This document shows, one piece after another, positions 29,244 through 39,473 of a stretch of 64,000 bases of DNA. The stretch is from NCBI GenBank assembly GCA_027484685.1, contig JAIXSO010000026.1, positions 18,406 through 82,405 on the forward strand. Direction: 5' to 3'. The notes under the pieces are model-generated. The model saw nothing but the letters and a program-made list of their open reading frames with translations. It was not told the DNA's origin and did no database searches. Source of the stretch: Bacteroidota bacterium. GTDB taxonomy: Bacteria > Bacteroidota > Bacteroidia > UKL13-3. Position numbers and translations under genes: made by a program. Every line of letters starts with the position of its first letter. Within the stretch, counting starts at the first letter, position 1.

Positions 29244-30160
29244 TGTTAAAAAGTAAAAATTTAAAAGCCTACTTAGCATTTATTGCGGTAGCAATTTTTT
29301 GGGGTACCACATTCTTAGCCATTCGTATAGGCATTAATTCTGATGGTGTACATCATTTTCCTCCATTTTTATTGGCTGCATTTAGGCATTGTATTGCAGG
29401 GCTTTTAATTTGTTCCTACTTTATTCTTTACAAAAAACAGCCTTTACCTACACTTAAGCAATTTAAGTATTTTAGCATCAATGGTATATTGATGTTGGTA
29501 GGTGGTAATGGCATAATAAGTTGGGGAATGCAATACGTGGATAGTGGTTTGGCTGCTATTTTATGTGCACTTACGCCACTTTGGATAGTATTTATAAACC
29601 TGGCAATGGGTAGTAACGAAAAGGTTACCAAGGTAATGTGGGCAGGTTTTATAATTTGTTTACTAGCGCAATACCTTATTTTTTACGATAAAATAAATAT
29701 ACTCTCGGATAAAAATTACATTTATGGTTTAATAGCCATTATAGTTTCAAATATTTGTTGGGCATTTGGAACAGTTTTTTCTAAATCAAGCACTTCTCCT
29801 TTTCCTGCCTTGTATAATGCAGGCTTGCAAATGATTCCTGGAGGAGTTATTCTCTTAATTTTTTCAACTTTAACAGGCGATTGGAACAATTTTAACCCTA
29901 GTAGCAATTCTATTTGGGCTTTGGTTTATTTAATTTTATTTGGTTCTTTATTGGCTTACGGATGTTTTATGTACATAATAAAAGCGTTACCTGCAGCTTT
30001 GGTATCAACTTATGCATATATTAACACCATTGTGGCTGTCATATTAGGCGTGGTGTATTTAAAAGAAGAAATTAATGCCAAAGTAGTAGTGGCTATGTTG
30101 CTAACCATTCTTGGAGTTTACTTAGTTGGCAAAAAAGCTAAAGTAAAAGAAGCGAAATAG
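29243..30160 (+). CDS. EamA/DMT-family transporter
   Basis: 305 aa, 10 TM helices, two EamA repeats. Confidence 0.8.
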   Translation: MLKSKNLKAYLAFIAVAIFWGTTFLAIRIGINSDGVHHFPPFLLAAFRHCIAGLLICSYFILYKKQPLPTLKQFKYFSINGILMLVGGNGIISWGMQYVDSGLAAILCALTPLWIVFINLAMGSNEKVTKVMWAGFIICLLAQYLIFYDKINILSDKNYIYGLIAIIVSNICWAFGTVFSKSSTSPFPALYNAGLQMIPGGVILLIFSTLTGDWNNFNPSSNSIWALVYLILFGSLLAYGCFMYIIKALPAALVSTYAYINTIVAVILGVVYLKEEINAKVVVAMLLTILGVYLVGKKAKVKEAK

Positions 30161-30189
30161 CATTTGATTTTCTGTTTGATTTGATTTGG

Positions 30190-30558
30190 AAGTTTGCCTT
30201 TGGCTTCTAGCTGATTGGATTTTGTACTTGACGGATGCGATTTTGGAGTTTTCTTTTTGCGTTTTGGATTTTGCTGATTGGATTTTGCTTTTTGCTGGTG
30301 GCATTTTGGAGTTTTTTTCTAGCGTTTTGAAGTTTGCTGCTGGCGTTTTGGACTTTTCTTCTGACGTTTTGGAGTTGTCGGGTGCGATTTTACTTTTTGC
30401 TGGTGGCATTTTGGAGTTTTCTTCTAGCGTTTTGAAGTTTGCTGGTGGCGTTTTGGACTTTTCTTCTGGCGTTTTGGAGTTGTCGGGTGCGATTTTGCTT
30501 TTTGCTGGTGGCATTTTGGAGTTTTCTTCTAACGTTTTAAAGTTTGCTGGTGGCGTTT
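30190..30558. repeat. Tandem array of ~105-bp G/T-rich repeats (~3.5 copies) with ~21-bp internal sub-periodicity
   Basis: Direct reading shows 'gcgattttgctttttgctggtggcattttggagttttcttct(a/g)gcgttttgaagtttgctggtggcgttttggacttttcttctggcgttttggagttgtcgggt' repeated. Both strands give low-complexity repetitive ORFs. Confidence 0.8.
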
Positions 30559-30650
30559 AGGAGACTGTCCAAAAAAGTGTGTAAACGGATAAATTTAGAA
30601 CCCTATGCACAAAGCAAAAACATTTCTATTAAAAACAATTAAAATTTAAC

Positions 30651-33600
30651 TTGGTGGTAAATGATGAATTATTAAATTTGAATGTCAAAAATACAAATTC
30701 AATGATTAAATCAATTAAAAGTTTATCAAATCAATATTTCTTAGATTTAAAAAGTAAAAAAGTAAAAACAACCACATTCTTTAGAATATTTCTTTTGTTT
30801 GGTTTATTGTTTAGTTTACAATGTGTAATTGCACAACCCACCATTACTTCTTTTGCCCCATTAAGTGGAAAGGTTGGCGACACCATAACCATTTTAGGTA
30901 ATAGTTTTAATACTACTGCGGCTAACAATATCGTATTTTTTGGTGCAACTCGAGCAACAGTTTCGACAGCAACCTCAACAAGTTTAACGGTAACAGTACC
31001 AATAGGAGCGACCTTTGCACCTATTACTTTATTAAACACAGCCACGGGTTTAGCAACTTATAGTACTCAATTTTTCAACCCAGTATTTAGCCCTAGTAAA
31101 GGAAGTATAACATTGAATGATATTTCGCCAAAGGTTAACTTCACCGTAGGTTGGGCTCCAAAAACAGTATCCATTGGCGATATAGATGGGGATGGTAAAC
31201 CTGATTTGGCAATAGCTAATGAATATGACAATACTATTTCAGTATTACGCAATACTGGCAATAATGGTACTGTTAGTTTTGCACTAAAAGTGGATTTTGC
31301 AACAGGTTCAAATCCTAAAATTGTTGCCATTGGCGATATAAATGGTGACGGTAAACCTGATTTGGTAACAAATAATGTATCAAACAATTCTGTTTCGGTA
31401 TTGCGCAATACTAGCAGCAGTGGTACGATTAGTTTTGCAACAAAAGTAGATTTTACAACAGGTGGCAATCCTCAATCAGTTACCATAGGTGATTTAGATG
31501 GAGATGGTAAACCAGATTTGGCAATAGCTAGTTGGAGCAGCAATACCATTTCTGTATTACGCAATACTGGAAGTAGCGGCACCATTAGTTTTGCAACTAG
31601 GGTAAATTTCACTACAGGTTCAGGTCCTTATTCCTTAACCATTGGCGATATAGATGGTGATGGAAAACCTGATTTGGCAGTTGTTAATAGAGACAACAAT
31701 ACTATTTCTGTATTGCGTAACACTAGCAGCAGTGGTATAATGAACTTTGCCACAAAGGTAGATTTTACAACAGGTTCATCTCCTTATCAATTAGCAATAG
31801 GCGATATAGATGGGGATGGCAAGTTGGATTTAACAACTGCGAATATTGACAGCGATAGCGTTTCTGTATTGCGCAATACTAGCAGCAGCGGTACAGTTAG
31901 TTTTGCAACAAAAGTAGATTTTACAACAGGTACAAATTCAGAACCTTTTGCATTAGCGATAGGCGATATAGATGGAGATGGAAAACCTGATTTGGCAGTT
32001 GCTACCAGTGGATACAATACAATTGCTGTATTACGCAATATTAGTAGTAGTGGTACGGTTAGTTTTGGAGCAAAGGTAGATTTTGGAACAAGCCTATCTC
32101 CTTCTTTTATATCCATTGGCGATATAGATGGGGACAGTAAACCGGATTTGCTAATTACGAATAATGGAATTAATGGCACTGTTTCTGTATTGCGTAATAA
32201 CCCCCAACCTCCTCCTTCACCTCCCACCATCACCTCCTTTGCACCCTCTAGCTGTGCAATAGGTGCTACATTTTCAATAACAGGAACTGGTTTTAATACT
32301 ACACCTGCTAATAATGTGGTATTTTTTGGTGCTACACGTGCTACAGTAATTACAGCATCTGCTACTAGTTTAACTGTAATTGTGCCAATAGGTGCTAACT
32401 TTGCTCCTATTACAGTGTTAAACACGTTAACCGCTTTAGTTGCCTATAGTACTCAATTTTTTAAACCAATATTTAGCCCCACTAAAGGTAGTATTACCTC
32501 TACCGATTTAGCCGCAAAAGTTGATTTTGCAACAAATTCAGCAACTAAATCAGTAGCAGTTGGAGATATAGATGGAGATGGGAAAACTGATTTGGCAATT
32601 GTTAATGGAGGCAACAATACTGTTTCTGTATTACGAAACACTGGAAGCAGTGGTTTAGTTAATTTTGCAACAAAAGTAGATTTTACAACTGGTATAAATC
32701 CATGGTCAGTGGCTATTGGCGATATAGATGGAGATTCAAAACCTGATATGGTAATAGCTAATTATAACAGCAATACTGTTTCAATTCTACGCAATACTGC
32801 TAGTATCGGTGTACTTAGTTTTGCATTAAAAGTAGATTTTACATCAGGCATCCATCCTAAATCAGTAACTATTGGTGATATAGATGGAGATGGTAAACCA
32901 GATTTAGTAATAGCTAATGATAGCAGCAATAGTGTTTCTGTTTTGCGTAATACAGGCAGCAGTGGTTTCATTAATTTTGCACCAAAAGTAGATTTTGCAA
33001 CAGGCTCTTTTCCTAGTTCTGTAGCCATTGGCGATATAGATGGAGATGAAAAGCCTGATTTGGCAATACCTAATGATAGCAGTAATACTGTTTCTGTTTT
33101 GCGAAATATAAGTATCAGTGGTACCGTTAGTTTTGCAATTAAGGTAGATTTTGGAACCGGCACTCAGCCTACTTCTTTAGCTCTAGGCGATATAAATGGG
33201 GATGGGAGGCTTGATTTGGCAATAGCTAATAGAAGCAGCAATACTATATCTGTATTGCGTAATATAAGCACTAGTGGTGTGCTTAGTTTTGCACCAAAAG
33301 TAGATTTTGCAACTGGTTCAAGTCCTCGATTTGTAGCCATTGGCGATATGGATGGAGATGGTAAGTCGGATTTGGCAATAACAAATCAAGGGAGCAATAC
33401 TATTTCAATATTACGTAATACAAGCAATAATGCTACAGTTAGTTTTACAACAAAAGTAGATTTTATAACAAACACACAACCAAATACATTAGCCATTGGC
33501 GATATTGATGGAGATGGTAAACCTGATTTGGCGATAGAAAATGGAGGTAATACTGTTTCTTTATATCGTAATAACCCTCAAATATTTCCACCCAGCATTA

Positions 33601-36600
33601 CATCCTTTGCTCCTTTAAGCGGTACAGTAGGTTCTTCCGTAACTATTATAGGTTCTGGTTTTAACACTACACCTGCCAATAATATTATATTTTTTGGAGC
33701 AACACGTGCAACTGTAACTACCTCAACCACAAATAGTTTAACAGTAACAGTGCCAACAGGTGCCACTTTTGCACCAATAACATTAATAGATACAGGAGTT
33801 AATTTTACTGTACACAGTCCCCAGTTTTTCAATCCAATATTTAGCCCTAGTAAAGCTATTATTACCACTTCAGATATTGCGGCAAAATTAGATTTTTCGA
33901 CCGGTACAAGTCCTCGATCAATAGCCATTGGCGATATTGATGGAGATGGCAAATCTGATTTGGCAATCGCTAATACAAACAGTAAAACTGTTTCAATTTA
34001 TCGTAATACTGGCAAAATTGATACGGTAAATTTTGCAACAAAGGTAGATTTTACTACACTTTGGAGTCCTCTATCGGTTGCTATTGGAGACATAGATGGA
34101 GATGGAAAAGCTGATTTGGTAATTGCAAATGCAGGTAGTGATATTGTTTCTATATTTCGAAATACAAGTAGTAGTGGCATTATTAATTTTGCATCAAAGG
34201 TTGATTTTATTACAGGGTCGCTTCCTTATTCAGTAGTAATTGGAGATATAAATGGAGACGGTAAACCAGATTTGGCATTAACTAATTATAATAGCAATAC
34301 TGTTTCAGTGTTACGCAATACGGGCTTAAAAGGTTCAATAAGTTTTGCCACCAAAGTAGATTTTGCAACAGGATCAAATCCTTGTTCGGTAGCTATTGGA
34401 GATATAGATGGGGATGGTAAACCTGATTTGGCGATTGCTAACACAGGCAATATCTATACTGTTTCTGTATTACGTAATACAGGTAGTAATAATTCGGTTA
34501 ATTTTGCCACAAAGACAGATTTCACTACGGGTTCAAATTCAAAGTCCATAGAAATAGGCGATATAGATGGAGATGGAAAACCCGATTTGGCTATAGGCAG
34601 TAATTCTGTTTCTATTTTACGCAATACGAGTAGTAGTGGTTCGATTAGTTTTGCAACAAGAGTAGATTTTGCATCAGTATCAACTCCTTATTCATTAAAA
34701 ATTGGTGATATAAATGGAGATGGCAAACCTGATTTGGCAATAATTAATCAAAGCAGCAATAAACTTTCTATATTACGTAATACAAGTATCAGTGGTACAG
34801 TAGATTTTGCAACAAAGGTAGATTTTGCCTCAGGTACAAATCCTCTTTCAATAGCCATTGGCGATATTGATGGGGATGGCAAATCTGATTTGGCGATAGC
34901 AAACGAAAACAATAATTCTGTCTCTATTTTAAGAAATTATCCTCAACCACCGCCTCCTACCATTAATTCATTCACTCCAACCAGCGCAGTTGTAGGTGCT
35001 TCAATTTCCATAACTGGTGTAGGTTTTAACACGGTACCTACAAAAAATATAGTGTTTTTTGGTGCAACTAAAGCAATTGTAACAGCAGCAACTGACACCA
35101 GTTTAATGGTATTGGTACCTATAGGTGCCTCTTTTGCACCAATAACTATATTAAATACTGCTAACACTTTATCAGCTTATAGTACACAATTTTTCAACCC
35201 AATATATAGTCCTAGTAAAGGAAGTATAACCACAAATGATATAACAACAAAGCAAGATTTTACAACTGGGCCGCAATCCAGAGCTGTAGCTATTGGAGAT
35301 TTGGATGGTGATGGCAAACCCGATTTGGCTGTAGTTAATAATGTTGGTGCTACTGTTTCCATATTAAGAAATACAGGAAGCATTGGTTCGGTTAGTTTTG
35401 CAACCAAGGTTGATTTTTCTACGGGTACAGATCCTGAGTCAATATCTATTGGAGATATAAACGGAGATGGTAAACCTGATTTAGTTGTGACAAATTTTGG
35501 AAGCAGCACTGTTTCAGTTTTTCGCAATATAAGCATGAATGGAGCAATTAGTTTTGCTACAAAAATCGATTTTGCAACAGGTACAAATCCCAGTTCAGTG
35601 GCCATTGGCGATATTGATAAAGATGGCAAACCAGATTTGATAGTAACTAATTATAATAATGGCTTTAACTCTATTTCTGTCTTTCGTAATACCAGTAACA
35701 GTGGTACAATTAGCTTTGATTTAAAGGTAGATTTTGAAACAGGAGGTAATCCGGCCTCAGTAGCTATTGGCGATATTGATGGAGATAATAAACCCGATTT
35801 AGCAATAGCCAATCAAATGAGCAATACTGTTTCAATACTACGGAATACAAGTATTTATGGAACAGTTAGTTTTGCAACAAAGTTAGATATTACAATGATT
35901 TCTGAGCCTTTTTCAATTGCCATTGCTGACTTAGATGGCGATGGAAAATCTGATTTAGCAATAGCAAATGTTAGCAGTATTGGAAAATCAGTTTCTGTCT
36001 TAAGGAATACCAGTAGCATTGGTTCAGTGAGTTTTGCATCAAGGGTAAATTTTTCGGCAAATGGAGATCCTTATTCAGTATCCGCTGGCGATCTAGATGG
36101 AGATGGAAAGCCTGATTTGGCAATCGCTAGTTTTAGCAGTTCAGTTTCAGTATTGCGAAATACAAGTGTGAGCGGTACTATTAATTTTGCTACTAGGGTT
36201 CCTTTTACAACAGGCTCATTTCCACGATCAGTAGCATTGGGTGATATAGATTGTGACGGCAAACTTGATTTGGTGGCATCTAACAGTAACAGCCAAACTG
36301 TTTCCGTATTGCGTAATAACCCACAATTTCCTCCCACAATTTCCACAATAGGTAATTTAACACCATTTATTTCTTGTACTGGCAGTGCTTCAGCACAGCA
36401 AACATTTACAGTAACTGGAACTAATTTAATAGCAAATTTAATGGTAATACCACCAATAGGCTTTGAGATAAGTACTACTTCTGGTTCAGGTTTTGGAAAC
36501 AGTGTTAGTTTATCTCCTTCCTCAGGCACAATAAACGCAATCTTATATATACGTTTAACCAATTCGGTAACAGGTTCGCCAAGTGGAAATATAGTTTGTG

Positions 36601-37787
36601 CCTCAACAATTGCTGATACACAAAATGTAGCTGTATATGGTTTAGTAAAAGCAACATCAACTAGTACTACAAATATTTCAGTCTGCTCAAGTACATTACC
36701 TTTTACTTGGAATAGTAGAGCATATAATTCAAGTAGAACAGATACTGTTTATTTAACCAATTTCGTTGGTTGTGATAGTATTACCATTTTAAAATTAACA
36801 GTTAAACCTACAAGTTCATCAACTTCTAATATAAGCATTTGCCCTAGTGCATTGCCTTATACTTGGAATGGAAGAACATATAATTCCAATAGCATAGATA
36901 CGGTTTATTTAACCAATTCCGTGGGTTGCGATAGTATTACTATTTTAAAATTAACTGTAAAACCTACAAGTTCATCAACTTCTAATATAAGCATTTGTCC
37001 TTCAGCACTGCCTTATACTTGGAATGGAAGAACATATAATTCCAATAGCATAGATACTGTTTATTTAACTAATTCAGTAGGTTGCGATAGTATTACCATT
37101 TTAAAACTAACAATAAAACCAATTAGTACTTCAACAAATAACATAAGTATTTGTCCGAGCGCATTGCCTTATACATGGAATGGATTAATCTTTAACGAAT
37201 CAGGAACGCAGACCAAAACAGGTTTAACTAATTCGGTTGGATGTGATAGTTCAGCAACTTTAAATTTATCGGTAAATCCAATTCCAGCAACTTCCAATAT
37301 TACAGGCTTTACCAATGTAGCAAGGTTAGATACAGCTACTTATTCGGTAATAGGAACAAGTGGTTCAGTTTTTAATTGGGCAACTACAAAAGGATTGGTT
37401 CAAACAGGCGCGGGTACAAATCAAATAAAAGTAAAATGGAATACAGCCGGAATGGATACTTTAAAAGTTACTGAAACTTCTAATCAAGGTTGTGTTGGTT
37501 CACAAAAAACACTATTGGTTAATATTGGTCCTGCTACCGGAATGAATGAAATCAATGCAAGTAATAATATACTGGTTTATCCAAATCCATTTAACGAAAC
37601 CATATTTATTTCATTGCTTAATAATTCAGGTTTGAACAAAGCTATTTTATATGATTTATTAGGTAAAGAGGTTTTAACTACCCATAAAAGTGAAATAGAT
37701 GTGAAAGAGTTAAAATCTGGCGTTTATTTGATAATGGTGATTGATAATAATGGCAATAGTTATAGCCAAAAATTGATTAAAAATTAG
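30651..37787 (+). CDS. Giant T9SS-secreted protein with 4 x [IPT/TIG domain + 7 FG-GAP repeats] plus C-terminal Cys-containing repeats and a type-A CTD
   Basis: 2378 aa with signal peptide. Twenty-eight 'IGD(I/L)(D/N)GDGKPDL' FG-GAP calcium-binding motifs in four sets of seven. Each set is preceded by 'P(T/S)ITSFAP..G....I.G.GFNTT' IPT-like domains. Four ~57-aa 'ISICPSALPYTWNG...VGCDSITILKLTVKP' repeats. C-terminal 'VYPNPF...GVYLIMVIDNNG' T9SS CTD. Antisense ORFs inside the gene are repeat artefacts. Confidence 0.85.
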   Translation: MVVNDELLNLNVKNTNSMIKSIKSLSNQYFLDLKSKKVKTTTFFRIFLLFGLLFSLQCVIAQPTITSFAPLSGKVGDTITILGNSFNTTAANNIVFFGATRATVSTATSTSLTVTVPIGATFAPITLLNTATGLATYSTQFFNPVFSPSKGSITLNDISPKVNFTVGWAPKTVSIGDIDGDGKPDLAIANEYDNTISVLRNTGNNGTVSFALKVDFATGSNPKIVAIGDINGDGKPDLVTNNVSNNSVSVLRNTSSSGTISFATKVDFTTGGNPQSVTIGDLDGDGKPDLAIASWSSNTISVLRNTGSSGTISFATRVNFTTGSGPYSLTIGDIDGDGKPDLAVVNRDNNTISVLRNTSSSGIMNFATKVDFTTGSSPYQLAIGDIDGDGKLDLTTANIDSDSVSVLRNTSSSGTVSFATKVDFTTGTNSEPFALAIGDIDGDGKPDLAVATSGYNTIAVLRNISSSGTVSFGAKVDFGTSLSPSFISIGDIDGDSKPDLLITNNGINGTVSVLRNNPQPPPSPPTITSFAPSSCAIGATFSITGTGFNTTPANNVVFFGATRATVITASATSLTVIVPIGANFAPITVLNTLTALVAYSTQFFKPIFSPTKGSITSTDLAAKVDFATNSATKSVAVGDIDGDGKTDLAIVNGGNNTVSVLRNTGSSGLVNFATKVDFTTGINPWSVAIGDIDGDSKPDMVIANYNSNTVSILRNTASIGVLSFALKVDFTSGIHPKSVTIGDIDGDGKPDLVIANDSSNSVSVLRNTGSSGFINFAPKVDFATGSFPSSVAIGDIDGDEKPDLAIPNDSSNTVSVLRNISISGTVSFAIKVDFGTGTQPTSLALGDINGDGRLDLAIANRSSNTISVLRNISTSGVLSFAPKVDFATGSSPRFVAIGDMDGDGKSDLAITNQGSNTISILRNTSNNATVSFTTKVDFITNTQPNTLAIGDIDGDGKPDLAIENGGNTVSLYRNNPQIFPPSITSFAPLSGTVGSSVTIIGSGFNTTPANNIIFFGATRATVTTSTTNSLTVTVPTGATFAPITLIDTGVNFTVHSPQFFNPIFSPSKAIITTSDIAAKLDFSTGTSPRSIAIGDIDGDGKSDLAIANTNSKTVSIYRNTGKIDTVNFATKVDFTTLWSPLSVAIGDIDGDGKADLVIANAGSDIVSIFRNTSSSGIINFASKVDFITGSLPYSVVIGDINGDGKPDLALTNYNSNTVSVLRNTGLKGSISFATKVDFATGSNPCSVAIGDIDGDGKPDLAIANTGNIYTVSVLRNTGSNNSVNFATKTDFTTGSNSKSIEIGDIDGDGKPDLAIGSNSVSILRNTSSSGSISFATRVDFASVSTPYSLKIGDINGDGKPDLAIINQSSNKLSILRNTSISGTVDFATKVDFASGTNPLSIAIGDIDGDGKSDLAIANENNNSVSILRNYPQPPPPTINSFTPTSAVVGASISITGVGFNTVPTKNIVFFGATKAIVTAATDTSLMVLVPIGASFAPITILNTANTLSAYSTQFFNPIYSPSKGSITTNDITTKQDFTTGPQSRAVAIGDLDGDGKPDLAVVNNVGATVSILRNTGSIGSVSFATKVDFSTGTDPESISIGDINGDGKPDLVVTNFGSSTVSVFRNISMNGAISFATKIDFATGTNPSSVAIGDIDKDGKPDLIVTNYNNGFNSISVFRNTSNSGTISFDLKVDFETGGNPASVAIGDIDGDNKPDLAIANQMSNTVSILRNTSIYGTVSFATKLDITMISEPFSIAIADLDGDGKSDLAIANVSSIGKSVSVLRNTSSIGSVSFASRVNFSANGDPYSVSAGDLDGDGKPDLAIASFSSSVSVLRNTSVSGTINFATRVPFTTGSFPRSVALGDIDCDGKLDLVASNSNSQTVSVLRNNPQFPPTISTIGNLTPFISCTGSASAQQTFTVTGTNLIANLMVIPPIGFEISTTSGSGFGNSVSLSPSSGTINAILYIRLTNSVTGSPSGNIVCASTIADTQNVAVYGLVKATSTSTTNISVCSSTLPFTWNSRAYNSSRTDTVYLTNFVGCDSITILKLTVKPTSSSTSNISICPSALPYTWNGRTYNSNSIDTVYLTNSVGCDSITILKLTVKPTSSSTSNISICPSALPYTWNGRTYNSNSIDTVYLTNSVGCDSITILKLTIKPISTSTNNISICPSALPYTWNGLIFNESGTQTKTGLTNSVGCDSSATLNLSVNPIPATSNITGFTNVARLDTATYSVIGTSGSVFNWATTKGLVQTGAGTNQIKVKWNTAGMDTLKVTETSNQGCVGSQKTLLVNIGPATGMNEINASNNILVYPNPFNETIFISLLNNSGLNKAILYDLLGKEVLTTHKSEIDVKELKSGVYLIMVIDNNGNSYSQKLIKN
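36640..37260 (+). repeat. Intragenic ~171-bp tandem repeats (4 copies; the two central copies almost identical at nucleotide level)
   Basis: Near-identical DNA blocks at ~36781-36950 and ~36951-37120 encode the Cys-containing 57-aa modules. Confidence 0.75.
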
Positions 37788-37873
37788 GTAATTATGGTGT
37801 AGTTATTTTATGTTCATGGTTGGTGTCCTAGCAATCATTCCAAATCGATTGGTGAGGACACTAGCCGAGGACT

Positions 37874-37969
37874 AAAGAAGAAATTAATGCCAAAGTTGTA
37901 GTAGCTATGCTTTTAACCATTGCCGGAGTTTGGCTAGTTGGGCGTAAAGGAAAAATAGCCAAGCAATAA
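37874..37969 (+). pseudogene. Orphan diverged copy of the 3' end of the EamA transporter gene
   Basis: Translates to 'KEEINAKVVVAMLLTIAGVWLVGRKGKIAKQ*' versus EamA C-terminus 'KEEINAKVVVAMLLTILGVYLVGKKAKVKEAK*'. About 80% nucleotide identity over the first ~70 nt. An upstream in-frame TAG and no start codon. Confidence 0.7.
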
Positions 37970-38021
37970 TTTTACAAAACATTTTTAGTTTAGTTTTGCT
38001 TTAATTTATAAACTTACTACT

Positions 38022-39356
38022 ATGAAAAAAATTTATATTTTGTTCTGTTTTATTTTATTGAACGTTAACGTATTTTCTCAAAATGGATTATATGGTATTG
38101 TAAGAAAAAATTATTATTCAATTGTTAGAAATCCTACAGATACTAATCAAACATTCGAACAATTTGATTCTGCAACAATTCGATTAGGGTTTTTAAATCC
38201 GTCATCAGGACAAGTTAGTAATATAGGCAGCAATTTATACAATCAAACAATTAACCTAACTGGAGCTGCTTTAAACCCTTACGACAGCACGTTTATTTAT
38301 ATTGGAGCAGATAAAATTAATACAATTGATTTAAATACGGGTGTAATTATTAATAGTATTCCTTTGTCAAATCCTATACAAAGTAGTTACTTTGATAACT
38401 TTAGGTTTAATAATTCGGATAGTACCATGTATGGTTTAGCGCGAAGAAGTTATTTGGATCCAATTACTAACACCTTAGTTGGTGAAGTTTACATGGCTAA
38501 AGCAAATACCAATACAGGCGTAATAACGCAAATTTCTCCAAGTTCTGTTGGAAATGGATATGCATTATTGGGCAGTTCAATTGATCCTTATCAAATGGTT
38601 TATTATTATTCAGATGGAACACATATTATTGGATTAGATATTTATACTGGCTTGGTTTACAGTAAGGTGGTAATTAACAATGTGTTTGGAACAACGTTTG
38701 GAAACTTTACTTACAATTGTAATGATAATAAAATATATGGGCTAATTGGAAAGAACTATTTTAGAACTGTAACTGATTCACTTGGTACTTATGAAATACT
38801 GGATTCAAATACACAAACTTTGGGCACTATCAATCCTAATTCTGGAATTGTAACTCAAGTTTCGGCCAATACATTAAGTAAAGTTGGATATACAATAAAT
38901 GGAGGTTCTACAATTGACCCTAATACCAACACTTATTATTTTAATATAGGTACCAAAGTAATTGGTGTATCAATTTTTGATGGAACTATAGTTAGCGATC
39001 CTAGTTTTATTTTTTCTGATGGACAGTATTTTGATTTAATAAGAAACTTACAAAGCTGCTATTCGGCTTATTCATTGAGAAAAAAACCAACAAATGTTGC
39101 CTCTGTTAATTCTCAAAAAAATAATATACAAGTTTATCCTAATCCGTTTAAAAATACGGTAAGTGTAAATGGAGGTAATCAACAAATAGGAACAGTGGAG
39201 ATTTACTCTATATCAGGTAGTTTAATAAAGAAACAAAACATAACTGAAAATGGCCAAGAAATTGAACTTTCAGAATTAAAAAGTGGAATTTATTTTTTAA
39301 AAATAAATACTCCAGAAAACGAAAGTACCTTTATAAAAATTTGCAAATCGGAGTAA
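38022..39356 (+). CDS. T9SS-secreted protein with type-A C-terminal sorting domain
   Basis: Signal peptide. C-terminal 'VYPNPFKNTVSV...GIYFLKINT' CTD. Confidence 0.7.
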   Translation: MKKIYILFCFILLNVNVFSQNGLYGIVRKNYYSIVRNPTDTNQTFEQFDSATIRLGFLNPSSGQVSNIGSNLYNQTINLTGAALNPYDSTFIYIGADKINTIDLNTGVIINSIPLSNPIQSSYFDNFRFNNSDSTMYGLARRSYLDPITNTLVGEVYMAKANTNTGVITQISPSSVGNGYALLGSSIDPYQMVYYYSDGTHIIGLDIYTGLVYSKVVINNVFGTTFGNFTYNCNDNKIYGLIGKNYFRTVTDSLGTYEILDSNTQTLGTINPNSGIVTQVSANTLSKVGYTINGGSTIDPNTNTYYFNIGTKVIGVSIFDGTIVSDPSFIFSDGQYFDLIRNLQSCYSAYSLRKKPTNVASVNSQKNNIQVYPNPFKNTVSVNGGNQQIGTVEIYSISGSLIKKQNITENGQEIELSELKSGIYFLKINTPENESTFIKICKSE

Positions 39357-39388
39357 AACTGATTAATCGTAATAAAACAATCACATTC

Positions 39389-39422
39389 AAATCCCGAAGC
39401 GAAAGCAGAGGGATTTTTTTGT
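39389..39422 (+). terminator. Rho-independent terminator
   Basis: 'aaatccc'...'gggattt' stem followed by a T7 run. Confidence 0.6.
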
Positions 39423-39473
39423 TAATAATTAATTTTAACAAATTAATTCAAACTATTCAATAAAATAATAAGT

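Noticed and set aside
30122-30560. ORFs on both strands across the ~105-bp tandem repeats (130 aa Lys/Pro-rich minus, 124 aa plus)
   Set aside because: Repeat-generated open frames with extreme low complexity and no plausible start context. Treated as non-coding repeats, though expression was not ruled out (see finding).
30731-36562. Eleven minus-strand ORFs of 60-212 aa inside the giant gene (e.g. 31787-32425, 35177-35629)
   Set aside because: They are antisense translations of the FG-GAP/IPT repeat codons, showing repetitive 'SGLPSPSISP' low-complexity artefacts. The plus-strand 2378-aa ORF with coherent domain structure explains the region.
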